Below are positions 7,948 through 8,213 of a stretch of DNA of 8,213 nucleotides, one piece after another. The number at the start of each line of letters is the position of its first letter. Position 1 is the first letter of the stretch. The notes under the pieces are model-generated. The model was not told where the DNA came from. It saw only the letters and a list, made by a program, of their open reading frames with translations, and did no database searches. A program made the translations under genes and the position numbers. Location: the NCBI GenBank assembly GCA_010909165.1, contig VJWM01000429.1:1-8213 (forward strand), given 5' to 3'. Source of the DNA: Anthoceros angustus. Its lineage: Eukaryota; Plantae; Anthocerotophyta.

Positions 7948-8213
7948 ATGCCCCGTGATAGCGATCCGGCCGTTGCCGGCGCCCCGACCGACCGGCAGCG
8001 CCTTATGCAGGTCTGCGCGCAGGCGACCGCGGCCGAACTCGACCGTGCGCTAGCGGCCCGATCCGCCGGCCGTCGAGACCGTCCGTCAGCCGGAGGTCGG
8101 CCTCGTCATGCTGCGCGGCCGCGTCGGCGGTGACGGCAGCCTTCAACGTCGGCGAGGCGACCGTGACACGCGCCGTGGTGCGGCTCGAAACCGGCGAGAT
8201 GGGCTTTTCCATC
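7948..8213 (+). CDS. phnG: Carbon-phosphorus lyase subunit PhnG, frameshifted, 3' end beyond the window
   Basis: AGGA SD-like site at 7937-7940 and ATG at 7948. With shifts at ~8058 and ~8140 it reads MPRDSDPAVAGAPTDRQRLMQVCAQATAAELDRALAA/DPPAVETVRQPEVGLVMLRGRVGGDG/FNVGEATVTRAVVRLETGEMGFS, containing the PhnG signature R.PE.GLVM.RGR.GG.G..FN.GEATVTR..V.L..G..G. Confidence 0.92.

Larger units (their letters stand above)
7389..8213. other. GC-rich bacterial segment (phosphonate C-P lyase locus) fused to plant-like DNA
   Basis: Hand-counted GC is 17/60 at 7321-7380, versus 41/60 at 7441-7500 and 45/60 at 7981-8040. The segment is CpG-rich and intronless with divergent phnF/phnG. Confidence 0.92.

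Noticed and set aside
7434-8133. ORFs 7434-7742, 7531-8133, 7642-7851 and 7766-8053 as independent genes
   Set aside because: They are GC-rich shadow frames; only the part of 7531-8133 from ATG 7948 to ~8057 is the PhnG N-terminus.

Overview
The window has two very different parts. Bases 1 to ~7388 are eukaryotic, land-plant-like repetitive DNA with GT-AG introns, a telomere-type CCCTAAA motif and C>T decay at CG/CHG sites. Within it, 1-2721 is the 3' part of a CACTA (En/Spm) DNA transposon: a decayed spliced TnpA/Ptta-like ORF, an intronic palindromic 27-bp array, an (ACTATTT)n tract, TTTACAAC subterminal repeats and a mutated TAGTG end. Next come a GGCTA/GGCGA satellite and two head-to-head decayed paralogous genes of unknown family, sharing the motif FHAEPxKxTxKLATxGILYG followed by an NLS-like basic stretch. 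The + strand paralog appears to end in tandemly duplicated 60-nt micro-exons. At ~7388/7389 the sequence switches abruptly to GC-rich bacterial DNA from a phosphonate C-P lyase locus: a truncated, frameshifted phnF on the - strand, three GGTATAGACC-type operators, and a frameshifted phnG on the + strand running off the end. Small deletion frameshifts occur in both parts, so a noisy long-read chimera or contamination is the leading explanation. A very recent bacterium-to-plant insertion cannot be excluded from sequence alone. All family assignments come from motif recall, not database searches.
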